Shown piece after piece: positions 11,753 through 25,323 of a stretch of DNA of 64,000 nt. The notes beneath the pieces are model-generated. The model was not told where the DNA came from, ran no database searches, and saw nothing but the letters and a program-made list of their open reading frames with translations. The position numbers and the translations under genes were made by a program. This DNA is from Moniliella sp. 'wahieum' (taxonomy: Eukaryota). The stretch's first letter is position 1; each line of letters starts with the position of its first letter. The stretch spans positions 558,001 through 622,000 of the forward strand of contig RSEE01000019.1 in NCBI GenBank assembly GCA_003971905.1. Direction: 5' to 3'.

Positions 11753-14439
11753 CGGAGCATTTGTTGTATTGCATTTTTTTTTCGGGCGCAACAAGTCTTC
11801 AAGTCCCATCTTGCCCTCGAGATGCGGGCCATTCCTCTAATGGTTGTTTCTCCCAAGCACTTCTGATCCTTCTTCCCTTTCCTGGCTAATCCCCCTCCCC
11901 CTCTTGATTTGAGTTTGTCTCGTGCCGTCCCCGTGATGTAGGGGCTTTTGATCTTTTCCGCCGATTTCTCTGTCTCCTGTAAAAGAGTTGACTGGCTCTA
12001 TCGGCTTTCGTTTTTTTCTTCTGGCCCTTCCCTGCCGCGCCCAGTCCCGTGCGTTCTTCGCCCCGGCTGGGTTGGCGATATTTAATCCCACTCATGTAAT
12101 CTTCTCCGATGGGATTGTCGCTTGCGGGTGTGGATGAAATTCGAGAGGATGGATGTATCAGCCTAAAAGGCACGACCATTGTATACTGTTTGCTGCCTCA
12201 TATGTCCTCTGACGTTAAAAGGCAGTGAGAAGCGATGGGGAACGCGAGCACTCTTGCCCTGTTTTCTTGGTGCTTTTATATCCGGTAACTAGCCGTTGGA
12301 TAGGATGTCAAACAATATAATGAAGTCCAGGAAGTGGCTATGCTGGTCGTTGAAAGATATTTTATTTGACTCCTTTTCTGTCAATTGTTTGCCTCGTCCG
12401 AATGTCTCTTCATTTGTCTTGTCACTAGTCACTTCTCCCCCAGTCCCGTCGGAAGCTATAGAACTCGGCCTGATCGACCTGAACACCACATTGATATATT
12501 TATCCTTGACGCTGATGGGAGCTAAACTGCTGAGCTCTGAGAGTTCACCGGCGTTCACCGGCGTTCACCGCGTTCAACATTCAACGCTCTCCGCCGCTCA
12601 TCAGCGCCCGACGCTCGGAAGACGTGTCTACGCAATACAGCTTGCGCTCACCGCTCACCGCTCGCCGCCTCTGAGATGTCTGTGTAAGTCAAGTCAGACA
12701 ACCCAGGTCTTGGGTTTTGTGTATTGATTTCATGACATTTGCAATAAGACTCTAATAGGCATCATCAAGGACAAATAAATAAGGCGCCGCCTATATATAT
12801 ACTACTACTACCACTCATGACAGGCTTTTGCTCATCCGGCGTGTGCTCTGCCAACTTGTTGTACCAACTCAATTAGGAAAATTCAACGGTGTCGCCCGCA
12901 GATCAGGGCCATTTCCCTGCCCCCACATTCATATGCAACCCAAAAGCAGATATCGATCATCTTGTGGTATAATGTAAGCGATAAACCGACGTTTCCAACG
13001 ACATGTGAACCCTGGGTCACCTTTTCAACACATTTGGGAAGTTCCTTTCAGTGCTCCCTCTTTTTAGCAATATTTGTTGATGATGATGGCATAGTGCTCT
13101 CTTATTGTCATGGCCAGAGGAAAGAACAGATCTTGAGTGTGTCCCTGTGATAGTCGTTGTTGTTGCAAAATAATTCACTTCCTCCAACATGGCCCCCTTT
13201 CCGTGTTACAAATAATGCTTCACCGTCATCTCCTCGTCCAATACCTACACCCCTTGCGCCCTTTCTCATACACTCACAGAATGTAGTCCACCTTCATCCT
13301 CACTGTTCCAAACGCTCCGGTGGCTCCATTAAACGATCATTCATACGCCTGGCCTTCCTCCCCCACCCCGTTTCCTCTTCTTATCCTCCGCCACTAATAC
13401 ACAACCAGATTATTGAAAAAACATGAGTGTTCCAGTTGGAGTGCACAAAAAAATGAGAACCTGCTTCCGTCCTGAATCGTGCAACGTCCCCCGATGTTGG
13501 TTTGGGTGCAGGTATAGAAATCAAGATGTGCTCAAGCTATGACATTGCTGTGATTCATGCGGAGATGATAGCTTCCCTATAGACAGACTCTTTCTGTGAC
13601 GCTGGTACTAGGCCATTGCTGTATCCGGGTGTTTGCGCCTTCATTTGTCCTCCTGTTTTCCCTTTTCTTCCTCTTGTCTCTCCCCATGCCGGATACCGCT
13701 TCCCTCTCGTTCATTCTCTGTGCTCGAGATCACATCCCTATAGTTCTTTCAGTCAGCAGTGTTGTATATGAGGGGGGGACATCTTATTGCGGTCGGGTGT
13801 GGTCACAGCGCAACGACATTAGACCACCCACAGTTGCACTTGGTTAGTAGGCGAGGCACAACAGGATATACGCAGCTGTGCTGGAGAGACCAGTCTGGAC
13901 ACCCGCTTTTTGTCGGTGGCTCGAGGCACTTTTAGCAAAAATATACATCAAGGAAAGCCAGTTGCAACACATTGTGCTGTGCTCAACTACCTCTCGTCAC
14001 CATTCTGCTCTCACATTGACACTCTAGAGTAGCACACCTGGTTAAGTTCCCTGCTATATAATACAGCGCTGGCGCTGCGTCTTAAACTCCCCTACGCGTC
14101 TGCGGGCTGCGGGGTCCTCGAGAAGCTTGTGACTGTTGACGATCAACGATCAACGTTCCGCGTTCAACGCGGCGTCAACGCACCAACGTCGTCAAAGCTC
14201 AACACAGTGTATAAGTGGTGGTACGATCGCTAACTCAATCCTGTGTGTTATACAAGTCACTCCTGTCACGCTTTTTTCTGTTTTTTGGCATGCGTATACA
14301 GTGCGTAGAGAAGTGACATATACATTTTGACCAATGCAGCTGTAGCAACACACGTGGCACCGCACGCACAAGCCCATAATAGAGCTGTAGCCTGTGCTGT
14401 AGCCGCCTCTGTTTGGCATTGTGAATTGGATCCATCTCA

Positions 14440-15246
14440 TGGGATACCTCCTGAGGCCTGAGGGTCTGAGGCTTAAGGCAGGCCTGACATGCTGACATTT
14501 GTCGGCAACGTATTATCTCGGCAAAAACTCTCATATGTGTCACATCTCAGATCCCAGACCACAGATCTCACGCGTCACGCGTCACGAGGGATCTCATCGA
14601 AATCAACAAAAAGGCTATCTCTCTCCACCATCAGGGCCTGAGATATCCGGTCTCGGCCTGAGATCTGAGATCTCAGATCTGATATCTGAATAACGTTAAT
14701 AACGTACCCAGGTATATAGCTTGGTTCCTAAGGCCTAAGGCCTAATACTTAGTACTTATGATACAACTTATGGCCTGCTGCACGTGGGAATGACACGGTT
14801 AGAGATCGGTCTAAGATTATCGAGACACCAGCATATCTGCGCTCCACGCCGCGCTCCACTCAATATACTCGATGTTTTCTCTCCCCGATCCCAACTCTGT
14901 CCCACTCCTTTGTCCCAGATCCCAAATCCAAAATGTGTGAGAGCATGTGAGCCAGGCCAGGCCAGGCCAGGCCTTCCCGAGACCGAAAGGATATCGGAAA
15001 CGAGACCCCGGGCAAGCAAGCCTTTTGCCACGTCCACCCCACTTGCGTCACTGGGTCACCGCTCACCGTGAGCGCGTGAGCTCTCACCTGGTTATCCTAA
15101 GACGTCACGCGTCACATGTCACGCGTCACGCCTCAGGGCCTCGTGAGCGCGTGAGCCTCACATGCTCACACACACACCACGCGTCACGCGTCATGCGTCA
15201 TGCATCATCTTGTGACGTAGAGACACATTCGGTGTGACATGTGACA
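14440..15246. repeat. Cluster of 7-bp NN-TNA-NN arrays, partly overlapping the presumed Gypsy 3' LTR
   Basis: CCTGAGA-TCTGAGA-TCTCAGA-TCTGATA at 14657-14684; (CCTAAGG)2 at 14727-14740; CGTCACG-CGTCACA-TGTCACG-CGTCACG-CCTCAGG at 15103-15137. Confidence 0.85.
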
Positions 15247-16620
15247 TTGCCCCCTTTCAGACCTCACCTCCCTGGCGTTGGAGAAGGCAGGCATGGGCCA
15301 TACGACGGGCGCGGGGAACAGGCTTGTCGGGGTACATCGCATGGAAACGAACCACCGGGTGGGCGTCATGGGACACGTCCGCAGCTGGCACCCACTCCCG
15401 CTCGTGGACAGGGTAGCCTCGGAAATGGACGAAGTATAATACTCCAGATGTCCACCGCGACCCTTACGAGAACCTCCTGCAACTCATGATGAACCGCCCC
15501 ATCGTCGGCATACTCGGGGAGGGGGGAGGGGGCTCGACCAAGCGGTTAGAGACCTCGTCGCCCGAACTGTAGGCGCGCAACCGCGTGACTTGGAACGCAT
15601 CGTGGATATGAAGCCAATCAGGCAGGCGAACTTCATACGCAGCACGTCCGACAGCACGGACGATTGGAAAGGGTCCCAGGTAGCGGTAATCCAACCCGTC
15701 GGAAGGACGTTGGGTGGATAAGTAGCCATCGCGACGGACCAAAACCGGTTGACCAACTTCAAAGGAGTCGGCCTCGGTGCGATGCTGATCAGCGTAGTGC
15801 CGATACCGCTCCTGGGCTGCGGCCAGGGTCTTCCGCGCTACGGCCTGGGTCGAGCGGAGACCCTCGAGGTACGAAGCGGCGTCCGGCACGGCCGATGACG
15901 CAGCCGCTAACTCACCGCGGGGCGAGTAGCCATACGTAAGGAAAAAGGGGGACGCGCCTGTGCTGGAGTGGGGAGAAGAGTTGTAAGCGAACTCGGCCGT
16001 GGGAGAAGATAAAACCAGTTTGACTGCTGCTCATCCAGGTAGCAACGAACTGGTACTGTTCATCAAGAACCTGTAGTACCTGGTTTACCCTCTCCGTCTG
16101 TCCGTCCGATTGGGGATGATATATAGATGATATATGATACGCCGTGTTGAGGCTCGAGTGGATGCCCAAGTCACTGCACAGGGCCCTCCAAAAGTGGCTC
16201 GCAAAAGTAGGACCACGGTCGCTAACCAAGTCGCGCGGCAGCCCATCGTAGCGGAAAACGAGGTGAACAAACTGGTGGACAAGTCGCGGTGCCGTGTCCG
16301 TTGTGTGGACAGGAATGAAATGCGCGAACTTATAGTGAACCTGTCCACCATGACCAAGACGGCATCGAAACCCTTCGAGGGTGGCAGGTGGGTAATGTGA
16401 CAAGCGTGCGCATCAGCAGGTGCAAGCTGTCGTACCTCCCCCCGAAGAAGTGAATGCAACTCCTCCATATCCGGTGGGCACCACTTCAAGCCCAACCACG
16501 GACCACAGTAATCTTCCACCGGCACAGGAGGTATAGGACGCTCCCCGTCCACGTATCGCCTTGTGGGGCGCAGTGAGCTGGCCGCTCTGAACGCCTGAAC
16601 GCCCTGAACGACGACAACCC
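15241..16620 (-). mobile_element. Truncated Ty3/Gypsy (chromovirus) remnant: integrase and chromodomain region
   Basis: ITHLPPSKGFDAVLVMVDRF, GLPRDLVSDRGPTFASHFW, YHPQSDGQTERVNQ, the GPF motif 'RYLGPFPIV...AYEVRLP..LHIHDAF' and a PPPP linker. A purine tract GAAAGGGGGCAA is followed by TGTCAC (minus strand, 15258-15241), consistent with a PPT and LTR start. Confidence 0.88.
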
Positions 16621-16911
16621 AATCTCGTCAGCTGCGTTCTCGCAGGCGGGGCGTTGACAACAGCTGAAGCGTGCTTCTAGTAAGAAAAGAACTTTGTATA
16701 GGCGGAAGCAAGTGGTTTGGACACGAAGGTAAGGTGGATGGAGACATCTTTATTGATTAAGCAAACACATCTACTGAGAGGACGCAGGGTTGAACTGAAC
16801 AAGGGTCCGAGGTGGAGGAGACGCTGGCCGGGGAAGGGGAACAAGAGATGGAGGATGGAGGCGGAGGAGGGCGGGAGGGGGAGGGGGGGAGGTGAAGATC
16901 GGGTGAGGCGC

Positions 16912-19900
16912 TCAAGAAGGGACGGAGGCATCGGACAAGGGGGGGGTAATGGCATTATCTTTTGAGTTGTTTGAGGGACAAGTCCCTTTCTTGACCGAAT
17001 TCAGTTTCCTCCAGATCTCCTCAACCTTGAATGGAGTCCATTCCTTCTCTGGTAAGACCAAGTCAACGTCGTCGATTTGCGATAATTTGTCGCAGATCAT
17101 TGAGAACCCGCCTCGCTTCTTGCCCAACATTTCGAAGGCGGTGTGGACCCGCTTGACAATTTCGGACGTGGTGAGTTTGACCTTGTACGCGGGTGATGAG
17201 CTTGTCGATGCGCCGCCCAACCCTGCGACGGCGTTTGAGCTGGTTTTCTTGGGCACCACCAACCGCTTTGAGACCAGGTCGTCGCCGTCCATCTGGTCCG
17301 TTGAATCGGGATGGCGGAGTAAGCTGATCCCGCAGACAAAGCACTCCCCCCCACCCCTTGTCCCACTCCTCCCAGGTTGGGGTTACTGACGCGACGTTTA
17401 GACGCAGCGTAAGCTCACTGGGAAAAGGAGGAGGGGGTGAAGGAGGGGGTTGGATGGTCCGAAGCAGTGCTTCACACGTGACCGTAATCGTGCTGCTTGG
17501 AATAGAGGCTGTGGGGGGGATAGAGGCTGTGGGGGTTGTAGCGGCGACAGCGACTGGCCCCAGGCGACTTCCTGCCGCAGCAAACACAGAAGACCTCGTC
17601 GTCCGAACAGGGGTGGGGTTGACCATCACAGGAGGCGGAGCTGCATCAGGTTCGGGAACAACGTCAACACGTCGCCCCAAGGTAAGCACAGGGTCATCTG
17701 AAGCAGGCACGGGGTCATCTGAAGCAGGCACAGGGTAGGCCGTTGACCCTGCGGACGAGCGTGAAGTTTCGTTGGGGTCCAAGGGAGAACGGGTGAGGGG
17801 ATCCAGGCCTGCTGCGGGTGGAGACACACGGCGGGGTGGGGTGCCAATCGCATCCTGTGGAACGCCTATGCGACCCGCGATGGCGGCAAGCATGGTCGCC
17901 ATGCCCTTCATTTCGTTCGCCATGCCCTCCACTTTGGTCTCGATGCCCTCCACTTTGGTCTCGATGCCCTCCATTTTGGTTTTGAGGCTCTCCAACTCAC
18001 TCCGCATACCCTGTACGCTCAAGTCGCACGCGTCCACGTGATCCGCGTTGCCCTTAATCAACTCTTCCATATGGGGCAGTGAACTGCCCACAACATTAGC
18101 CGTCTGGATCGTCATCGAATCGGACGATTCTTGAGCTTCTGCGAACACGTGAACCGCATCCTCCACTGAGCCCATCCTGGTCTTGACCTCCCCCCACACA
18201 CTGCTGAATATAAGCAGTGAGATCAGGCATTGCGCGTTCGAGAGAAGGCTCTATCGGCTCCCGCTGTTCAACGACATAAGCCTTGAGCTTTTCGCTCCAC
18301 TCACTGTACTCCGGTGACTGGAACACGGGCAACTTCAAAATATGGCGGTTGCATGCGGTGTCAGACCAAAAAGGTGCATCTTGTAGGATTATTCGGCGGA
18401 ACATCCTCAGCATCTTTGCGAATTCTTTCGCCAAGAGAAGATGTTCTCGCCTGCTGTTGATCTCAGCTCCTCATATGCACGCTTCTTTCCCTTTTGACCG
18501 CTGGTGAGGGGCGCGACCTCCTGAAGCGCCTCATTGAGTTTATCCTCCTCCTCGTCCAAGTCAGGAAAAATTTTGCGCAGGAGATTATCAGGGGGGTCCA
18601 GCTGACCTCGGGGGAGGAAATAAGAACCGCCCTGGGGTGCCCATCCACTCAACGCGCGCACAACGTTCATGGCAATGGGGTTGTCGGAGTATTGAGGTTT
18701 GGCCGATGTAGCCCAGTGCCCAGCCCTACCGACTGCATCATCCGGGACACCCAGTGACTCGGCGATACGAGCAGCGCTCCCACGGAAGATGTCGGTCTTC
18801 TTGTGACCGTCGAGCCCCGCTGCCTTCAAATACCGCAGCACCGCCAGGTAATGGCCCGTCTCAGTCATCGGCGAACAGCCGATGGGCCTCTTGGATTGCT
18901 GGACTTGCCCGTGCCATTCGCGGGTCCATCCTCAGGTCCATCCTCGGGTCCATCCTCGGGTCCATCCTCAAGGCCATCCTCGGGTCCATCCTCGAGGCCA
19001 TCCTCGGGTCCATCCTTAGGTCCATCCTCAGGGCTATCCTCAAGGCCATCCTCAGGGCCATCCTCGGGGCTATCCGCGGGACCATCCTCCTGCAGATTAG
19101 TGGTGGAACGGCCGATCCCTTGACGTTGCCTGGAAAAAACCGGGTACTTGATCCAAGTCTCCGGTTCGGTTAAGGGCGGGCAGCATCCATCGCCCAACCC
19201 TTGAGGGCGGCGATCCCTTGCGACTTGCAACCGGAAGAAGAAATGCCGCGCTAGAGAGACGAAAGACAACACCGGTTCGGGTCTTGTTCCTCATAGCACC
19301 CATGGCGTGTTTGTTACCCTCCTGGTTGGGTTTTCCGTCTAACAGCAAGATCTGCAGCGCCTCGACCTTCTCGGTAGGTCCTTCTGGGGTAGGAAGTGAG
19401 AGGAAAACAGTCCATGATCAAAAGTCCACGCGCGTTCGAGCCGCGCAAAAGACCGTAATGAGAGAGGCACGCCATAGCGTGGTCACGAATACCCCCAGCA
19501 AAATTACGCGAGTTCTCCAACGTGGCGTTCAAAATCACGTCGAACTGCTCGAGCGTATAGCCGTCGAGGAAAAAACCTGGGTCGGTCACAAGGTCAGCGT
19601 ATGATAAAAAAGAAATGGGGAGATTGCACATACCATTCAGGCGGCCTTTGATATCGTTCTTCTGCGTCTTGCCATCAGTTTTGCGCTTGCACACCACAAC
19701 GCTTCTGCTATGTGGCTCATACGGGGGTTTGAAAGCGTCCAACCACTGATACCCCCTCTTGCTGTCATACTGGGAGCGTTGGAACTGGTGGAGTCCGCCC
19801 ACGCTCGAAAGGTAGCCATTCACTGTGGATTTAGAGAAACCCCCTTTCAACGCCTTGGACGATACGAAGGGTTGGGGCTCTTCAAATAAGCCCTGTTCGT

Positions 19901-20504
19901 TTGCCGCTCCAGTTCGAGGGGATTGGCTGTTCTCCGTCCGCCTTCGTTTGTTGGGATCCGATTCGCTGCTCTCCGACCGTTTTCGTTTGCTGGACTCTTT
20001 CGGCTTATAAATCCAGGAAGGGAGGTCCATGCCCGCAAGCTGCCCAGACGCCATGCGCTTGTCGAACGATTCGCCCAGGTAATCTGTGAGCGGACCACCG
20101 TTTTCGATCACTGCCTTTGTAAACATTGCCAGGTGATGATCATTAGTGAGGGTCCTGCAGGCACACAGGTGCATCAACATACGATCAGAAGAGAAACAAA
20201 GGTAGAGCGATGACCAGCATGAAGAGAGAGACCTACCGATGCTCAAACTCGACCTTGCGCTGCACCACATCGTCATAGGTAGACAGCGACGGACTGCCCA
20301 AAGTGTGTTCCCTTTGCAGGCAAAACTCCATGAAGGCACGCGCCTTGGGCCGGTAAGTCTGAATGGTGGCCAGGTTGAATTCTTCATCTTGTCCTCTTCA
20401 AGGATCCGCAAATCCGCCAGACGCTGATCTCGCTGCGTCTTGAGGAACCAGGGATGAAGTGACCTGCTGAGGGCGATCCTGCTGAGGGTCACCCGCTGAG
20501 GCAT
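16912..20504 (-). mobile_element. CryptonF-type tyrosine-recombinase transposon (NDC10_II-like recombinase domain plus GCR1_C-like domain)
   Basis: STVNGYLSSVGGLHQFQ, DGYT, RDHAMACLSHYGLLRGSNAR, GKPNQEG...GAMRNK, HYLAVLRYLKAAG...KKTDIFRGSAARIAE..GV....GRAGHW, FRRIILQDA...LPVFQSPEY and the GCR1_C-like WEEWDKGWGG...KRRRRV. Element ends not determined. Confidence 0.88.
18922..19089 (-). repeat. 12-bp minisatellite, 14 copies (encodes EDGP-type tetrapeptides)
   Basis: (GGTCCATCCTCR)n on the + strand; the minus frame reads EDGP ADSP EDGP EDGL EDSP EDGP KDGP EDGL EDGP EDGL EDGP EDGP EDGP EDGP. Confidence 0.95.
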
Positions 20505-21347
20505 CCCACGAATGCGTCCACTAAAATGAGCCGTATCCCTGTGACGAGCCTGGTCCGGCTGGTTCTAGATGGCATGCTCGATGACTAGGAGTACGCAAAG
20601 GGAGCTAGATGGGGGGGGGTGGCAGGACGCGTCAGGCGGTGGTAGTAAGTGGGCGCGCGGTTTTGCGCCTCGGCTACGATCGAGGACTGGGGGGCAATTC
20701 GACCAGGATTGAAATATCGTAAGCAGCCCCCTTCGACACATATGCTTTGAAACTGGAATCAATATGTTGTTGGCCGCCCCCAAGTCACCCTCTGTTATGA
20801 TTTCAGTGTCCACGCTCTGATCCTTGGCCTCATCTTAGATCGAAAGCGCGTTCGCGCGTTAATACGCACCACGTCATATAAGGAGGACCTTGGTCAATAT
20901 GGTATCTCACTTTAATGCGGGAGGAGAACGGGGACAGCAGTGGGATGAACGTCTGGGGGTCATATACAGCTGTTGGAGGGTGCCGAGAAATGGACATCCC
21001 TTCCAATCTTCGAGATATATCGAGATATATTCAATCCCCTGAGAAGAAAGGTCAAGCCACCATCGAGACACGAACACGCACAAGTCCTGTATCTCGAGGG
21101 TCTGAGCCAGAGAAGACCCGTCCCCAGTTTGCACATTCATTTGAGATGCGGGTATGTGGTTTTCAAGGAATCTTGGAACCAACAAGTTCAGCCGTTATAC
21201 ATCACGGGGCCTAAGGAAGGCGCTGCCCTTTAACGGATTGCGTATTGTGATTCTAAGCAAGCCAGGTGCCGTTTTGATAGGCCCATAATTAGCACCTGGA
21301 CTCACAAACACCCAGAAAGGGCATCCGCCGTCTGGTTAAACACTGAA

Positions 21348-24300
21348 TCAAACTAGGGTCACTTCGGCCACAGTAGTCCGTCCCAAATCAAGCAGAGTGA
21401 GAGGGGCTTCCCGCTTCGGCAGACCGCTAGGGGGTGGCAGGGTCTGCATTGGGGTCGTCTGTTCGGTCCACCAATCGAGAAGAAGAATGCGCACTCCTCC
21501 CACCCGTGCTGGGCCAGTCGAAAGACACAAGTAGCTTGCCGACAGGGGTACACTGGTGGCTGATTGCCCGGAGCAAGGCGGATGGGCGGGAGAGGTGTCA
21601 CATTTGCTCCTAGTGGTAGTACATCGTGGTCCGGCAATGGGCCCTCTGCATCCTCAGTATCCTCCGAACCAATTACCACTTGGGGCTCAGGCCAGCTTGC
21701 GTTTGGCTTTTCTACTTCCCCCTCTGACATGGAGGCAGGGGCGGGAGCGGCAACGACGGACACGGGAAGAGCTGTGCCATCAACTTGAATCGGAGAAGAG
21801 AAGGGCGAGGGAAGAGAAGCCGATGGAGTGGCAGTGCGGGACGAAAAGGTGGAGGAAGAATCCCTTCTCTTAGCCAAGTTGCCCCGTTGGAATGCTGGTG
21901 GTAAGAACGAGGATACTGTCTCACGGGTGCTGACAGCTCGTTGCAGTGTCGTGGAGGAGCTAGCCGTGACAGTTGAGGCTGTACTCACTGCCCGGTCGAG
22001 AGAGACGAAGTTCGGGATAGAGAGGACATGGTCCTGTTCCTCACTTCGGAAAGCGGCGGGCGAGACGTGTAGCCCAAGGGGGGCGAGACCGAGGAGTTTA
22101 CTTTGTGGCGACTGTCGATCGACGCCACATCAGCCGTTGAGTCTGCTACCGGAGTATCGACGGGCGAGGTGGCGGTCTCTTTGGCCACATGGGTGAGTTG
22201 AATTGCCAATCTAATCCATACAGCCGGGTGGGAATGGCGTGACGATTCGAGCTGTTCGGCCTGAGCTTCAATTACTTGACGCAAGCTGGAGGCAGTGAGT
22301 TCCCGCTTACCACCAAAGCGAGGAGTGCCGTGGACCGACGAAGCCCGGGAAGAAGCGACACTGCCTGCTTTGCTTCCATTCTGGCTTCGTGCCACATCGG
22401 AGGCAACCTCAGATAATGGCCGATCATCCTGCTCTTCAGATTCGTCCCCCGCATCGCTAACACTGGCTCCACTTTGCCTGCGGGCTTGGACATCAGCCTG
22501 AGCCATGCCGACCTCACGGATCCAAACGTCGTACTCTAGCTCAAAGGGTTCTCCTGCTTGAGCAGTGATGGCAGTCGAGGTGACGGCCAGTTCCGTTTGC
22601 AAACGCAGCGCCGGTCGGATGGGAATTTGGGATTCAGGAGTTTCCCCTTCTTGGGATTCGGCAGGGAGAGCAGGCCAAGCTTCAATGGTTGAAGGGAGGG
22701 GGAAGGTACGGTGGTGTACGATCGGGGTTGAGACGACTTGAGTGGGCTCGCCCATGTATGACCGGCACAGGGCACGTACAAACCCTAAATCGACTGGGGA
22801 TGTAAATGTAGTGGATGCAAGAGTGAGGGGCGCAAGTGTACTTCTAGCATGGACTCCTGCTCCAGTGTTGGGATTCAGGCTGTGGGCCGACTCAGGAGGA
22901 ACGTCAGGGGGCAAAGGGGCATGACGCCCAGGTTTGGTGGGATATAAGGCAAACACATATTGCCTTGACTCGCCTGGAAGGAGTAAACTTTCCGATACTG
23001 AGGGAGTATGCAATGAAAGAAGCATGGAATCGTTCGCACTGGGACCATCCAGAGGGGGCAGCAACTCATCGTCCCACCAAGCACAACGCACACTGGGCCG
23101 GTCAAGTTGTCGCCAATACCACAGGGGTGCAGCTGACTCCGACTGACTACAGCCGGGTTCAACCCAGTCTACTGCCATGGACGGTGACCCTGGCGCTGCC
23201 TTATTGGCGAGCGTGACTTGGAGGAGGACCCGTTCCTTGACATAGGAGTTGGAATTGAAACGAACTGTTGGTTCCATTGGCAGACGCAGCACCCGCGCCT
23301 CAATCTGCATCGGCGACGAGACAACTTGAAAACGATAAAACTTGCGGAAGCTCGTCTCCACCAAAGCAGGGGGTTTGGAATCGGGATCATCTCGCAACAG
23401 AGACGCATACGCTGAACTGGGCCCTGACGCGCGGGTGGTGAGATACGAGACGGTACAGACCAGTCCATGGGGGCCAGGCTGAGAAATAGGACATTTGACT
23501 AACGCCTCAAGCTTGTGTCGCGAGGCGAGTGAACTGCCACCTTCTTGGCCTGCCGAATGAGTCGTTACGTGCGCCAAAGGAAGAATACGCACGCGGGAGC
23601 CAAATCAGGGCCTAGCTGTGCTGAAGATACTGCGCCAGGGCCCGGTGCATCTCAACTGTGAGCGATGCCCCCATCACTGGGAAAGGGGCTTCGTTATTCA
23701 CACAGACGAACGCTGAAAACGTCTCTCCTTCATCTGACGGACTTGGCTGTCAGTAGCTGGCTCCTGATAGACGCGGCAATACTTACACACGGTCCCAAAG
23801 CTGGCCGGGAGCATGAGCAGATCCGATACAGGGAAGTCACGCAGGGTACTCATGGAGGCCGTTCCGTCATGCCACGCATCCGAAATGTGACTCTCGTTGG
23901 CGAGCAAACTACTTCTTGCTTCCAGTTCGAAGGCAGAGCGAATCTGGGCAAGTGATTCGCGCTGAGCAGCGAGGTCAACGTTGGTGTGCCATCCGACTAG
24001 CTCAGACTGCTCCCAATCAGTCATTCCCGGGAATATGGCATCAAACTGCTTTTGTGGGGATTTAGACAAGGCCGCCTCTTCCACCAACTTGTCCATGGGG
24101 GCATACTCGGCTGCTTCGAAGTAAGGCCAATCGGTAGCAGCGAAGGTGGGCTGAGACACGCATCACCTTGAGTGACAGCAAGTGTCCTCCAGGAGGTACT
24201 GCGGTTGATGCATGAGCAGGTGGATGTGCGGCTGTCGAACGCATCTGATGCGGTTGGGAGGCGCGCGCAGCGCGAGGGTTGGTGGACGAGTCGGGGGTGG

Positions 24301-24502
24301 AGACAGTGGAGGAGGCACGGGAAGGAGCAAAGGGGTGTGGGCGTGAGTGGCGGAGGGCATGGCGGCGATAGCTATCGTCACTCCCTGTGCGCGAGGCACC
24401 CATTGTGTCGGTGTGGTCGACGGAGCCATCGGTGCTGGCCGAGGGGCGCGACGCCATGCGGGGCGGAGAAGGAGGGTGGTGGTCGTGGGCGTGGCAGCGC
24501 AT
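21348..24502 (-). CDS. TRAPPC13/Trs65-like protein (DUF974)
   Basis: HLLSLKVMR-VSQP, DLLMLPASFG, PGPHGLVCTVSY and SFRKFYRFQV are DUF974/TRAPPC13 motifs. Long low-complexity C-terminus; start codon uncertain. Confidence 0.8.
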
Positions 24503-24735
24503 GCGTCCCAGCTGCAGCGGCGAGAGGCCACTTGCAATTTCAAGTCGTGCACCTGCCGCTCTGTGTGCTGCCGTAAGCAGGGGGCTACGCGGCTGGCGGT
24601 GGCGTGGGACGCCCGATTAGATAGATAGCTCGCCCCGTCCCCATCCATTGTCCCCACCACCAACCCTCTCCGCTCCGCCTCACTGCCATCCCTTACAGCA
24701 GCCACTCTTCGCTGGAACATCTGCCCCCACACGCC

Positions 24736-25323
<588 letters not shown>

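Noticed and set aside
12962..13150. 'AIFVDDDGIV' as a reverse transcriptase motif
   Set aside because: No other RT motifs nearby; the block 12700-14100 remains unassigned, possibly decayed TE.
18922..19089. CRISPR-like array
   Set aside because: Contiguous 12-bp units with no spacers, in a eukaryotic genome with no cas genes.
16675..20568. TTCTAG at 16675-16680 and 20563-20568 as Crypton terminal direct repeats
   Set aside because: A 6-bp match is easily chance, and sequence beyond 20568 does not visibly resume the Gypsy element. Other copies are needed to define the ends.
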